Shown here: piece after piece, positions 10,309 through 20,539 of the stretch
How the letters are laid out: each line of letters begins with the position of its first letter
Numbering within the stretch: position 1 is the stretch's first letter
NCBI GenBank assembly: GCA_963422735.1
Contig: OY730476.1
Location: forward strand, 3,008,001-3,072,000
Direction: 5' to 3'
Length of the DNA stretch: 64,000 bases
Source of the DNA: Candidatus Latescibacterota bacterium
Lineage (GTDB): Bacteria; Latescibacterota; UBA2968; UBA8231
Translations under genes and position numbers: made by a program
The notes under the pieces: model-generated
The model's database searches: none
Told to the model about the DNA's origin: nothing
What the model saw: the letters and a program-made list of their open reading frames with translations, nothing else

Positions 10309-10542
10309 ATGACCGAACCCGTAACGCAGGCCCAAGCCCACGACCGCCGCATTGGACGGCTAGAAGGAATCGCCGAGCAGTTAGACCGTCGCTTGGACCG
10401 TATCGAGCGAGCCATCAACGCCACCAATGCCCGCATGGATGCCACTAATGCCTGCATTGAACGCTTAACCCGCTGGCTTATCGGCATCCCGCTTGCCAGC
10501 CTCATCGCGCTGGGTACGCTGATTTTGTCGCGCCAGCCCTAA
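10309..10542 (+). CDS. Small coiled-coil protein with C-terminal TM helix
   Basis: RIGRLEG..EQLDRRLDRIE heptads then WLIGIPLASLIALGTLIL; RBS GGGAG. Confidence 0.65.
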   Translation: MTEPVTQAQAHDRRIGRLEGIAEQLDRRLDRIERAINATNARMDATNACIERLTRWLIGIPLASLIALGTLILSRQP

Positions 10543-10578
10543 TCCGATCCGCACCCTCCTCTTTCCCGCAAACAACAG

Positions 10579-11829
10579 ATGATCAACGTACTGCGTCGCC
10601 AATTTATCGAGTGGGGCCTCGGCAAGGACTTCGGCGAAGACCTCGCTGCACTGGTCGGCTTGGTCTTGGTGGCCTTCGTCGCCTTGCTCGCCCATCGTCT
10701 AGCGAGAGGGCCTCTACTCCGCGGCCTCGACGCCATCATTCGTCGCACCGATATCCCTTGGGACGACGCCCTAATCGAGTGCCGGGTCCTACACCGGCTG
10801 GCCCATCTAGTCCCCGGCCTCATCTTCTACCACCTAGGGCCACTGGCTTTAGAAGGCCACCCCGTTTCAGTCAGTATCATCCAGACCGCGGCGCATATTT
10901 ATCTGGTGCTCTCCGGCTTACTAGCTATTGAGGCGTTGATAAGCGCGGGCGTCCGCATCTATCACAGCACTAGGGCCTCGCACGAAGTCTCCATTAAGGG
11001 GCTGGTGCAGTTTCTCAAGATTCTCCTCTACTTGCTCGGCGGCGTCATCGTCGTCTCAATCTTAAGCGGCCAATCGCCGCTTTACTTGCTCGGCGGCCTG
11101 ACGGCGACGACCGCGGTCCTACTCTTGATCTTCCGCGACTCGATCCTCGGGTTGGTCGCCGGCATCCAGATCTCGGTAAACCGCATGGTCGCCTACGGCG
11201 ACTGGATTGAAATGCCCCAATACGGGGCCGACGGCGACGTGCTCGACATAACGCTGACGACGGTCAAGGTCCAGAACTGGGACAAGACCATCACGACCAT
11301 CCCCACCTATGCGCTGATCAGTGAGTCGTTCAAAAACTGGCGCGGAATGCAAAACTCGGGTGGGCGGCGGATCAAGCGGGCGATCTACCTCGATGTCAGC
11401 ACCATCGAGTTTTGCGACGAGGAAATGATCACCCGCTTCGCCAAAATCCAGTACATCACCGCCCATATTGAGCGGAAGAAGAAAGAGCTAGCCGCATACA
11501 ACAAGCTCAACCAAGTGGACCTTTCGCATCTGGTAAATGGCCGGCGCATGACCAATATCGGCACCTTCCGCGCATACGTATGGGCCTATCTGCAAAACCA
11601 TCCGCAGATCAACCAAGAGATGACCTTTTTGGTGCGTCAGCTAGCTCCGACCTCCAAGGGGCTACCCATTGAAATCTATGTCTTCTGCAAGGATAAGGTC
11701 TGGGCTAACTACGAGGCGATTCAGGCCGACATTTTCGACCACCTCTTCGCCATTGTGCCCGCCTTTGATTTGCGGGTTTTTCAGGAGCCGACGGGGACGG
11801 ATTTTCGCACGCTGGGGACACCGCAGTAA
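10579..11829 (+). CDS. Mechanosensitive channel MscS family (YbdG-like)
   Basis: DSILGLVAGIQ, GDWIEMP.YGADGDV, VKVQNWDKTITTIPTY, SFKNWRGM..SGGRRIKR, TNIGTFRAY. Confidence 0.93.
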   Translation: MINVLRRQFIEWGLGKDFGEDLAALVGLVLVAFVALLAHRLARGPLLRGLDAIIRRTDIPWDDALIECRVLHRLAHLVPGLIFYHLGPLALEGHPVSVSIIQTAAHIYLVLSGLLAIEALISAGVRIYHSTRASHEVSIKGLVQFLKILLYLLGGVIVVSILSGQSPLYLLGGLTATTAVLLLIFRDSILGLVAGIQISVNRMVAYGDWIEMPQYGADGDVLDITLTTVKVQNWDKTITTIPTYALISESFKNWRGMQNSGGRRIKRAIYLDVSTIEFCDEEMITRFAKIQYITAHIERKKKELAAYNKLNQVDLSHLVNGRRMTNIGTFRAYVWAYLQNHPQINQEMTFLVRQLAPTSKGLPIEIYVFCKDKVWANYEAIQADIFDHLFAIVPAFDLRVFQEPTGTDFRTLGTPQ

Positions 11830-11960
11830 GATGAGAAGCGTTGGCCTTAGTTGGCCTTTGGATGGCTTGCATCAGCCGACCGTTTCGCCTAATCAACTGA
11901 CGTTATGCAGTCAGACAAGTCAGCAAATAGATCAATAGACGAATTCCATCCTGTCTCGAC

Positions 11961-12022
11961 AGGGCAACCACGAGAGTTGCCCCTACCGCATCGCCGTAGG
12001 GGCCGTCCCTTGTGGCAGCCCT
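11961..12022. repeat. Inverted pair of GTAG-type REP sequences
   Basis: Minus GTAGGGGCAACTCTCGTGGTTGCCCT (11986-11961) and plus GTAGGGGCCGTCCCTTGTGGCAGCCCT (11996-12022). Confidence 0.75.
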
Positions 12023-12032
12023 TAGGATCCCT

Positions 12033-12545
12033 ATGTCCACTGAACACTTGCTCTACACCACCGCGTCCAGTTTCATCGGCGAGCTGTTCATAGCCGGCGA
12101 CCGCACCGGCTTGCGGCACATCCAGTTCAAGGGCCGCGACTTTACCCCGCCGCCGGATTGGCAGGCCGTGGCTACCTTGCCCTATCCGGTCGTCGAACAG
12201 CTTGATTCTTACTTCGCCGGGCACCTGCGAGACTTCGATCTGCCGCTCCATCCCCAAGGAACGGCGTTTCAGCGCAAAGTCTGGGCCGCACTCTTGGAGA
12301 TTTCCTACGGCGAGACGATTTCCTACTTGGAGCTAGCCCGCCGCATAGGCAACCCAAGCTCGGTCCGCGCCATTGGCTTGGCCAACGGCAGGAATCCCCT
12401 GCCGATTGTCGTGCCTTGTCACCGCGTCATTGGCAGCAACGGCGCACTAGTCGGCTACGCCGGAGGGCTGCCGATCAAAAGAGCACTACTCGCCCTTGAA
12501 GGTGCGCTTGTTCCTCAACTCGGTCTCTTTTCAGACGATTTCTAA
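12033..12545 (+). CDS. ogt: Methylated-DNA--protein-cysteine methyltransferase
   Basis: GTAFQRKVW..L.EISYGETISY, NPLPIVVPCHRVIG, GYAGG. Confidence 0.93.
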   Translation: MSTEHLLYTTASSFIGELFIAGDRTGLRHIQFKGRDFTPPPDWQAVATLPYPVVEQLDSYFAGHLRDFDLPLHPQGTAFQRKVWAALLEISYGETISYLELARRIGNPSSVRAIGLANGRNPLPIVVPCHRVIGSNGALVGYAGGLPIKRALLALEGALVPQLGLFSDDF

Positions 12546-12558
12546 GGCTGGAGGTCTC

Positions 12559-13659
12559 ATGTCCACGTATCGCGTTGCTATCATAGGCACGGGGCGCGTC
12601 GGCTATCAGTTCAGTTTTTCCGACCTGCCCGACAACCACGCCGCCGCCGTTGTTCAACATCCCTCCTGCGAGTTGGTCGCCGGTGTCAACCGGGGGCGCG
12701 AAAAGCTCGATGCCTTCGGCGAGCGCTTAGGCGTGGAGGCACTCTACCACGACTATCGGCAAATGCTCGCCGAGGTCCAACCCGACATCTGCATCGTCGC
12801 CACCCACCCCGAGCTCCACACCGAAATGGTCACTAGCTGCGCCCGTGCCTCCTCGACGCGAGCTATCATCTGCGAAAAGCCGATGGCTCTCTCGCTGGGG
12901 GAATGCGACCAGATGATAGCGGCCTGCCAAGCGGGGGACGTGCTTTTGCAGATCAATCACAACCGCCGCTGGCACTCCGAGTGGGTTCTCGCCAAAACGC
13001 TCCTCGACGAGGGAGCTATCGGCGAGCTAAACCACATCTACTGCTACATGGACGGGGGCAAGCCAGCACCTTGGTGGCGCAGCGAGAACGAAGGTCCCTT
13101 ACTGCACGATTTCACCCACTATTTCGACCTGATGGATCTCTACGCCGGCGAAGTGGATTGGCTGTGCGGCATGGCTGAACAGCGCATGCGCCCTTGGGCT
13201 GTCGAGGATTTTTCGGCGGCTATGCTCAAATTCAAAGGGAGGGCCACTGGGCTGATCTGCGGTGCCGAGCTGACGCAGTACAACGATAACGCCTTCGAGC
13301 TGCGCGGCACGACCGGCCTGATCCGCATGGACCTCGAGCAAATCCGCCTTTTTCAGTCTAAGGTCTCGCTGTCCGAGCCTGACAGCGGCTTTGAGTGGAG
13401 CAGCCTCGAAGAAATCGAAGTCGAGCGGCCGGCTCCGGTCTCTACGTACGTCGTAGCACTGTCCGAGCTGATTGGCGCCCTTGAAAGCCGCGGCACCTTG
13501 CGCAGCGACGGCACTGTGGGTCGCCGCTCGTTGGAAATGGTCATGGCCATCTATCAGTCGCAGCTAGAGGGCAATCGCCCCGTTCACTTCCCCGTCTCGC
13601 TCGCCGAATCCGGCGTCGAGGCACTGCGTCGGACTGGGCGTTTTCAAGCAAAAAACTAA
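12559..13659 (+). CDS. Gfo/Idh/MocA family oxidoreductase
   Basis: AIIGTGRVG, ICEKPMA, NHNRRW, HDFTHYFD; RBS GGAGG. Confidence 0.9.
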   Translation: MSTYRVAIIGTGRVGYQFSFSDLPDNHAAAVVQHPSCELVAGVNRGREKLDAFGERLGVEALYHDYRQMLAEVQPDICIVATHPELHTEMVTSCARASSTRAIICEKPMALSLGECDQMIAACQAGDVLLQINHNRRWHSEWVLAKTLLDEGAIGELNHIYCYMDGGKPAPWWRSENEGPLLHDFTHYFDLMDLYAGEVDWLCGMAEQRMRPWAVEDFSAAMLKFKGRATGLICGAELTQYNDNAFELRGTTGLIRMDLEQIRLFQSKVSLSEPDSGFEWSSLEEIEVERPAPVSTYVVALSELIGALESRGTLRSDGTVGRRSLEMVMAIYQSQLEGNRPVHFPVSLAESGVEALRRTGRFQAKN

Positions 13660-13694
13660 ACCTTGAGGCAAGGCGTCATTCGGCGACACATCGC

Positions 13695-14024
13695 CTATCC
13701 CTGCGTTGGGCACTGAGCAGTCCGAAGCATACCCATAGCACTCGTTCGTCTCGGCTTCAAAGGCGTTTTATACGCGGAGTAAATTACGAATTCCCAAGGA
13801 CCGCCGCAGGGCTTGGAACCCAAGCCTGAGTAGCGACAATCCTCAACTGACGCGCCCGCGCGGTCGCCGACAAGCGCGTCGATTTCCTGTCGCATCTCCG
13901 CTAGCTATGCACGGTCACCATCCTCGGTCCGCTGGTCGCCATTGTTGTCTCCAGCGATAGGATCAGAGTCGCCACAAGCGACGAGGGAAACGGCAATTAG
14001 TGCCGCCGCAACCAAGTATCGCAT
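13695..14024 (-). pseudogene. Lipoprotein gene interrupted by in-frame TAG
   Basis: MRYLVAAALIAVSLVA-C lipobox from ATG 14024, TAG at 13907-13905, then in-frame LAEMRQEID...C...GSKPCGGPWEFVIYS. Confidence 0.65.
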
Positions 14025-14083
14025 GATCTTCCGCTCTGTTAAAAGATACCTAACCTGCTTGCCATTCAAGTCGACCGCTAGCG

Positions 14084-15061
14084 CTAGAATGCACGATCTT
14101 CAAGCGAAAGATTCCCCCACCGCGTAGCGATAACTGCATCCGCAAAAATCTGCCCTAAGTGAAACACAATACAAGGTATTGCTATCAACCCCTTCTGCTC
14201 GGGCGACACCGCTGAGTCCGGCAAAAATGCCAGCACCGTCATCGCCACCGGCAAGGTCTTCTGGCTCGCCATCAGCACAATGGCCTTGCGCGCCGCCGCC
14301 TCAAGTTGCAAAAGCACACAAGCACCACCGTTGAGCAGCAGATAGAGCGCGTGGATTGCCAGTCCAGACAACACCAGAATCAACAAGCTCACCGGCTCTA
14401 CCTCGACTAGCCGTCCAGAAGACTCGCTGAATTTCATCCACGGAATTGAGATCAGCACCGCGTTGCTGGCCAAACTCAACCGCGAGCGCTGGGCGTTGAT
14501 CCAATCAACGGCGAAGCGCCGCAGGTACTTGCCGACGCCCAAGGGCAGCAAGATCGAAAGACAGAGTTTGGCGAACAGATCGCTGGCCGAAAGCTCGACC
14601 TGGCCTAAGGAACTCAGAAGATGCGCTAACACGAAGGGTACCGTGAAGATGCCGGCAATATTGGTCAGCACCGTCAAAAGCAAGGCCAAGGCTACGTTGC
14701 CTCGGGCCTGCGCCGTCAACGCCACGCCCGAGGTCAGGGTAGTTGGCATGCAGCAGAATAGTGCCAGACCGAATTGGAAGGCGGGATTCATTGGGATCTG
14801 AAATGCGATTGCTGCGCCCAGAAAGGGCGTAGCGAAGAGAATCGAAACACACCCCCAAGACGTCGCCTTCCACGCGACGAGGGCAGCGTGGGCTTCGTCG
14901 GTTTTCAGCATCAGTCCCGAAAGAAAAAAGATAATACTGACCGCGACGTACTGAGTGGGCAACCCAGCCATGTACTTGCCCGGCGTCGGAAAGAAGACGC
15001 CTACCACGGCCGCGGTCACTAGACCGATGGGGAGAAATTGACTCTGTAGTAAACCCAGCAT
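14084..15061 (-). CDS. Bile acid:sodium symporter family (SBF-like/BASS) transporter
   Basis: IFFLSGL.L, CMPTTLTSGVALT..ARGN, SQKTLPVA, FHLGQIFAD; about 10 TM helices. Confidence 0.88.
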   Translation of the reverse strand: MLGLLQSQFLPIGLVTAAVVGVFFPTPGKYMAGLPTQYVAVSIIFFLSGLMLKTDEAHAALVAWKATSWGCVSILFATPFLGAAIAFQIPMNPAFQFGLALFCCMPTTLTSGVALTAQARGNVALALLLTVLTNIAGIFTVPFVLAHLLSSLGQVELSASDLFAKLCLSILLPLGVGKYLRRFAVDWINAQRSRLSLASNAVLISIPWMKFSESSGRLVEVEPVSLLILVLSGLAIHALYLLLNGGACVLLQLEAAARKAIVLMASQKTLPVAMTVLAFLPDSAVSPEQKGLIAIPCIVFHLGQIFADAVIATRWGNLSLEDRAF

Positions 15062-15174
15062 GATCGTCTCACAAAAAAGGGCCGGACGATGTCCGACCCG
15101 ATCCGTGCAGCTATGCGATCTGGCTCTTGCTCACTCTCTGCTAGAGCAACTATGGGGCAGAGCTCGCAGAGATT

Positions 15175-15660
15175 TCACGCTTCCGCGTCGCCATTGCGGG
15201 AATCTATGGCACCTTCGCGGAACATCTGGAGAAACCCGTTGGCCGCCGGTTTTTCCGAAAACAACACGCGCAAAAAACGGACCAGCCGCATCCGCGCTTC
15301 CGTGCTGATTAGGTGTTCGACCTTGCAAGCGTCAATCATTGCGTCGTCCTCGTCCATACCGAGGCCGTCTCTGAGAAACCGCTGCACGACCAAGCGCGTT
15401 TCCTCGACCTCCTGCACCACTCTCAAGCCCTGTTCGGTAAGTTCAAGGAAGCGATTGAGGTCCTCTTGCACATAGCCGCGCTCCTTGAGGTGCTTCATTG
15501 TCGTCGAGACGCTGCCTTTGGTGATGCTCAGGTGCTTGGCGATATCCGAGACGCGCGCGTACCCGTGCGCCTCGCGCAGCTCGTGGATCGCCATCAGGTG
15601 ATGCGCAGCACTGTGGCTTAGTTCGTTTTCTTCGTAGGCTCTCCAGACTTCCTCAAACAT
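15175..15660 (-). CDS. DtxR/MntR family metal-dependent transcriptional regulator
   Basis: GYARVSDIA..L.ITKGSVS..M..L, DACKVEHLIS. Confidence 0.9.
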   Translation of the reverse strand: MFEEVWRAYEENELSHSAAHHLMAIHELREAHGYARVSDIAKHLSITKGSVSTTMKHLKERGYVQEDLNRFLELTEQGLRVVQEVEETRLVVQRFLRDGLGMDEDDAMIDACKVEHLISTEARMRLVRFLRVLFSEKPAANGFLQMFREGAIDSRNGDAEA

Positions 15661-15708
15661 ACATTTCGCCTTTCTGCCTCCGCCAAAGTCGCAGAGCCTC
15701 GTATTGAG

Positions 15709-16782
<1,074 letters not shown>

Positions 16783-17041
16783 CTATACGACTATCCAAAG
16801 GGATATAGTACCAGGCGGATGAACGGAACTTTACAGCCCGCTGTAAAAACTTATATTGCACAATTGTGGGAAGCGTACAAGGCGGGCAAATCAGACTTGA
16901 TTCTCAACTTTTGCGTTGCAAAAAGCTAATGAATAAACCCAACCCCAGCAAGAGCACTGCCGTTGACCGAGATGCGCGACGGACCAAGCCGTTGTGGGCT
17001 AGGCTGGAGGGCGGGGAGGACGATTAGAGAACAGAGAAGCG

Positions 17042-18454
17042 ATGCGAGAGGAAGGCATAACCTTGGAAAAGGTGCTGCTGTGCATCGACGAGCAGCAGCG
17101 AACCTATGTCGAACAACTGAAAGCCTTTGTCCGCATTCCCAGCGTCAGTGCTGGTGCCGATGCTGCCACAGGCGATGGCCTCGCCCGGGCGGCCGACTTC
17201 CTCGTCGGCCAATTTAACCAAATGGGGTTTGGGGTCGAGAAGATCCAAGTCAGGGGCGCTACGAACCCCCTAGTCCTCGCCCGTAGCCCCGCGTTCTCGC
17301 CAGATCGACCCACCGTCTTGGTCTATGGCCATTACGACGTGCAAGGGGTGGACAATCCGCGCTCGGCTTGGAAGGTGGACCCCTTTGCCGCCGAGGAGCG
17401 GGACGGCTTCCTCATCGCCCGGGGAGCCAGCGACAATAAGGGACCCTGCTTCGCGCATCTGAAGGCAAGCGAGGCCGTCTTCGCTAGTGGATGCCAGCTT
17501 CCGTTCGATTTGGTCTTCCTGATCGAAGGCGAGGAGGAATGCGGCAGCTCTGCGCTGAGCCAGTTTGTGGCCGAGGGCGGGCTTGACGAATTTGCCCCGG
17601 TGCTCTGTACGGTGATTTCCGACACCAGCATGTACGGGCCGGACCAGCCCTCCCTGACTGTGGGTCTGCGCGGCATTGTCTATACCGAAATCGAGGTTTT
17701 TGGACCGGTGCAGGATGTACACTCCGGCCTTTTTGGCGGCATTGTCCACAATCCCAACCAACTTCTCGTCAACGCCTTGGCCGGCCTCATTGGCGCCGAA
17801 GGGCGCATTGCTGTGCCCGGTTTCTACGAGGGAGTGCAGCCGCTCTCGGCCCGCGAAAAAAGCCTCTACGCCGCTCTCGTGGTTGACGAGGGTGCTTATT
17901 GCCGCACCTTGGGCGTGACCTCGCTGGCGGGAGAGCAAGAGTACTCCGTCCTCGAAAGGCGCTGGACCCGTCCCACGCTCGACATCAACCTCCTCAGCGG
18001 CGGCAGCCCGCGCACCGTCATCCCGGCCACCGCTCGCGCTGCTGTCTCTTGCCGATTAGTGCCCGACCAAAACCCCGAGCACATCCAAGCCACTCTCGAA
18101 GGACACATCCGCGCCCGTCTGCCCGCAGGCACCCGCGTCGAGTTCAAAAACCAGCATTACTCACCGGCTTACTACTTGGACCTAGACCATCCCCTAGTCG
18201 AGCCGGCACTTGAGGCCATGCGCAAGGGATTCGGAGTCGAGCCGGTATTTACTCGCGAGGGCGGCTCCATTCCCATCGTCGTCGATATTGCCGCCGCAAC
18301 TAGGGCACCGATCCTGCTCATTGGTCTAGGGCAAATTACCGACAACTGGCACGGCCCCAACGAGCGCTTTTCCACGTGCGACTTTCACTGCGGCATCCGC
18401 ACTTCAGCCGCGCTCTTATGCGAGTTGGCGCGAGCATCTCAGCGCTCAACATAG
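17042..18454 (+). CDS. M20/M25/M40 family metallo-dipeptidase
   Basis: YGHYDVQ, ARGASDNKG, IEGEEECGS, DVHSG, REGGSIP, HGPNE. Confidence 0.92.
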   Translation: MREEGITLEKVLLCIDEQQRTYVEQLKAFVRIPSVSAGADAATGDGLARAADFLVGQFNQMGFGVEKIQVRGATNPLVLARSPAFSPDRPTVLVYGHYDVQGVDNPRSAWKVDPFAAEERDGFLIARGASDNKGPCFAHLKASEAVFASGCQLPFDLVFLIEGEEECGSSALSQFVAEGGLDEFAPVLCTVISDTSMYGPDQPSLTVGLRGIVYTEIEVFGPVQDVHSGLFGGIVHNPNQLLVNALAGLIGAEGRIAVPGFYEGVQPLSAREKSLYAALVVDEGAYCRTLGVTSLAGEQEYSVLERRWTRPTLDINLLSGGSPRTVIPATARAAVSCRLVPDQNPEHIQATLEGHIRARLPAGTRVEFKNQHYSPAYYLDLDHPLVEPALEAMRKGFGVEPVFTREGGSIPIVVDIAAATRAPILLIGLGQITDNWHGPNERFSTCDFHCGIRTSAALLCELARASQRST

Positions 18455-18487
18455 TCCCGCCACCCTGCACAAGACAAGGAACCACCT

Positions 18488-19303
18488 GTGTCTCTCTCCC
18501 ACGCCCAAGTAACCCATTTCAAAAACCACGGCTACACTGTGGTTCCAGATTTCTTTGGTCCCCGCGAAGTCCGAGCCATGCAAGCCGAAGTCGAGCGCTT
18601 CAAACGCGAGGGCTTGGTCCGCAATGTCGCCACTGAGGGCGACGGTAAGACCCCCTCCACCACTAAGGTCAACCTGCAACTAATTCCCCTGTACGACAAA
18701 AGCGATCTCATCCGCGCCGTGCCCTTTGACGAAAAAGTTACCGTCGCCGTCTCACAACTCATCGGCACTCCCTTCATCTTGCATCTAGATCAGATGTTTC
18801 TCAAGCCGGCTGGGCACGGCATCGGCACGGACTGGCACCAAGATAACGCCTATTTCAAAATAGACGACCCTTTAAAAGGTACTGCCATGTGGGTTGCCGT
18901 TCACGACGCAACCATCGGGAATGGCACCATCCACGTCGTGCATGACTCCTTCAAGGAGGAGTACCCGCACGACCGCGACCCCTACTCCGACCATCACATC
19001 CACTGCCAAGTACCTGAGGAGTGCGCCGTGCCCATTGAGCTAAAAGCCGGCGGCGTCGCCTTCTTCTGCTACGGCACCGCCCACTCTACCAAGGCAAACA
19101 CCACCAATTGCGAGCGCGCCGGACTTGCCTTCCACTTCCTGCACACCACCTGCGTTGAGCGCACCAACCTCATCGCCGAAAGACGCGGCCAGCCCATCTT
19201 GGTGGGACCGGAAGCCACTGGTGGCGAAGCCGAATACGGCGTACGAGTCGCTGGGACTTGGGAACGGGAAATCGAGCGCGTCCTCAAGGAAGCAACCAAC
19301 TAA
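18488..19303 (+). CDS. Phytanoyl-CoA dioxygenase family protein
   Basis: DQMFLKP, WHQDNAYF, MWVAVHDAT.NG, TAH.T.AN....R. Confidence 0.9.
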   Translation: MSLSHAQVTHFKNHGYTVVPDFFGPREVRAMQAEVERFKREGLVRNVATEGDGKTPSTTKVNLQLIPLYDKSDLIRAVPFDEKVTVAVSQLIGTPFILHLDQMFLKPAGHGIGTDWHQDNAYFKIDDPLKGTAMWVAVHDATIGNGTIHVVHDSFKEEYPHDRDPYSDHHIHCQVPEECAVPIELKAGGVAFFCYGTAHSTKANTTNCERAGLAFHFLHTTCVERTNLIAERRGQPILVGPEATGGEAEYGVRVAGTWEREIERVLKEATN

Positions 19304-20364
19304 TGCCACACATCAAACCCGACGACCTGCGCCAGATCGGCTACCTGCTTTTCGAGACAGCCGGCTGCCCTCCCGCAAGCGCCTGCGCCGTGACCGACCA
19401 CTTAGTCGAGTCATCTCTCTACGGGCACGATTCGCACGGCAGCCTGCGCCTCTACGAATACATCCAACAGATCCAAGACGGCATCTTTGATCCCAAAGGT
19501 CAGCCTTCTATTGTCAGCGAAAGACCCTGCACTGTGGTCGTCGATGGCGGCGGAACCATGGGCCAGATCGGCGGGACTTTCGCCACCCAGTTAGCCATTG
19601 ATAAGGCATCTCAGTACGGGGTCGCTACTGCCACCCTGCGCAACTGCGGGCACGTTGGCAGGGTGGGGGCCTATCCGCTCCAAGTCGCCCGCCAAGGCAT
19701 GATTGGTCTAGCCTTTTGCAACGCCGGCCACCTCGGGCGACAGATCGCTCCCTACGGTGGGATCGACGGCAAGCTCAGCACCAACCCCATATCCTGCGCC
19801 GCACCTCGGCGCAACGCCGACCCGCTCTTGGTGGATATGACCACCTCGGTCTGCGCCGAGGGCAAGGTCCGCGTCGCCCATAACCGCGGAGAACAGCTAC
19901 CCGAGGGCCGGATCATCGACCACGATGGCAACCCCTCTACCGATCCGCAGGCATTTATCGGCGATCCGCCCGGCGCAATCCTGCCTTTCGGCGGCCCGGT
20001 GGCCTACAAAGGGTACTGCCTGAGTATGATAGTAGAGATCCTAGGCGGGACCCTTAGCGGTCAAGGCTGTGCCAACGGCGAGACCGTCATGCAGAGCAAC
20101 GGGCTGCACTTGACGGTTTACGACATCGGGCATTTCGTCGAAATGGACTACTACTTCGACGAGCTTGAAAGCCTAATCCATCATGTATCCACCAGCCGCG
20201 TCGATCAGCACATCGGCGAGATACTGCTGCCCGGCGATCCCGAATATCGCACGGGACGCCAGCGCCAAGAAGAGGGAATTCCCATCGACGACACGACCTG
20301 GAGCCGTATTGTCGAGGCTGCGCGGACCCTCGGGCTGGACGACCCCCAAGCCCTTTCGCAATAA
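19303..20364 (+). CDS. Ldh_2 family (malate/L-lactate/L-sulfolactate dehydrogenase-like) oxidoreductase
   Basis: GHDSHG, HVGRVG.Y, STNP, DMTTS..AEGKV, PFGG...YKGY; TAATG coupling to upstream gene. Confidence 0.9.
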   Translation: MPHIKPDDLRQIGYLLFETAGCPPASACAVTDHLVESSLYGHDSHGSLRLYEYIQQIQDGIFDPKGQPSIVSERPCTVVVDGGGTMGQIGGTFATQLAIDKASQYGVATATLRNCGHVGRVGAYPLQVARQGMIGLAFCNAGHLGRQIAPYGGIDGKLSTNPISCAAPRRNADPLLVDMTTSVCAEGKVRVAHNRGEQLPEGRIIDHDGNPSTDPQAFIGDPPGAILPFGGPVAYKGYCLSMIVEILGGTLSGQGCANGETVMQSNGLHLTVYDIGHFVEMDYYFDELESLIHHVSTSRVDQHIGEILLPGDPEYRTGRQRQEEGIPIDDTTWSRIVEAARTLGLDDPQALSQ

Positions 20365-20371
20365 GGGCGAG

Positions 20372-20470
20372 TGGCGGGAACGTGTGGGAATCGAACCCAC
20401 CCAGCGCAACTCTCGCTACGCCGCAACGGATTTGAAGTCCGCGACAGCCACCAGGCACGCATCCGCTCCC
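20372..20470 (-). tRNA. selC: tRNA-Sec (anticodon UCA)
   Basis: GGGAGCG...GCGGA-CTTCAAA-TCCGT, 9-bp variable arm with GAGA loop, GTGGG-TTCGATT-CCCAC, GCCA end; 99 nt. Confidence 0.92.
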
Positions 20471-20539
20471 GCAAAGTCTTTATCTGAGTACGCAGAAATA
20501 TAGAACGACTTCCCAATAGCACCAACGAGATCTACGGTA

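Noticed and set aside
13905-13907. TAG as pyrrolysine or amber recoding
   Set aside because: TAG is a normal stop for many genes here (htpG, rpmH, rplI); no pyl genes seen
17005-17022. GAGGGCGGGGAGG upstream of the M20 peptidase as target of the sRNA loop or an IS605 end
   Set aside because: Match is short and G-rich; cannot be distinguished from chance by eye
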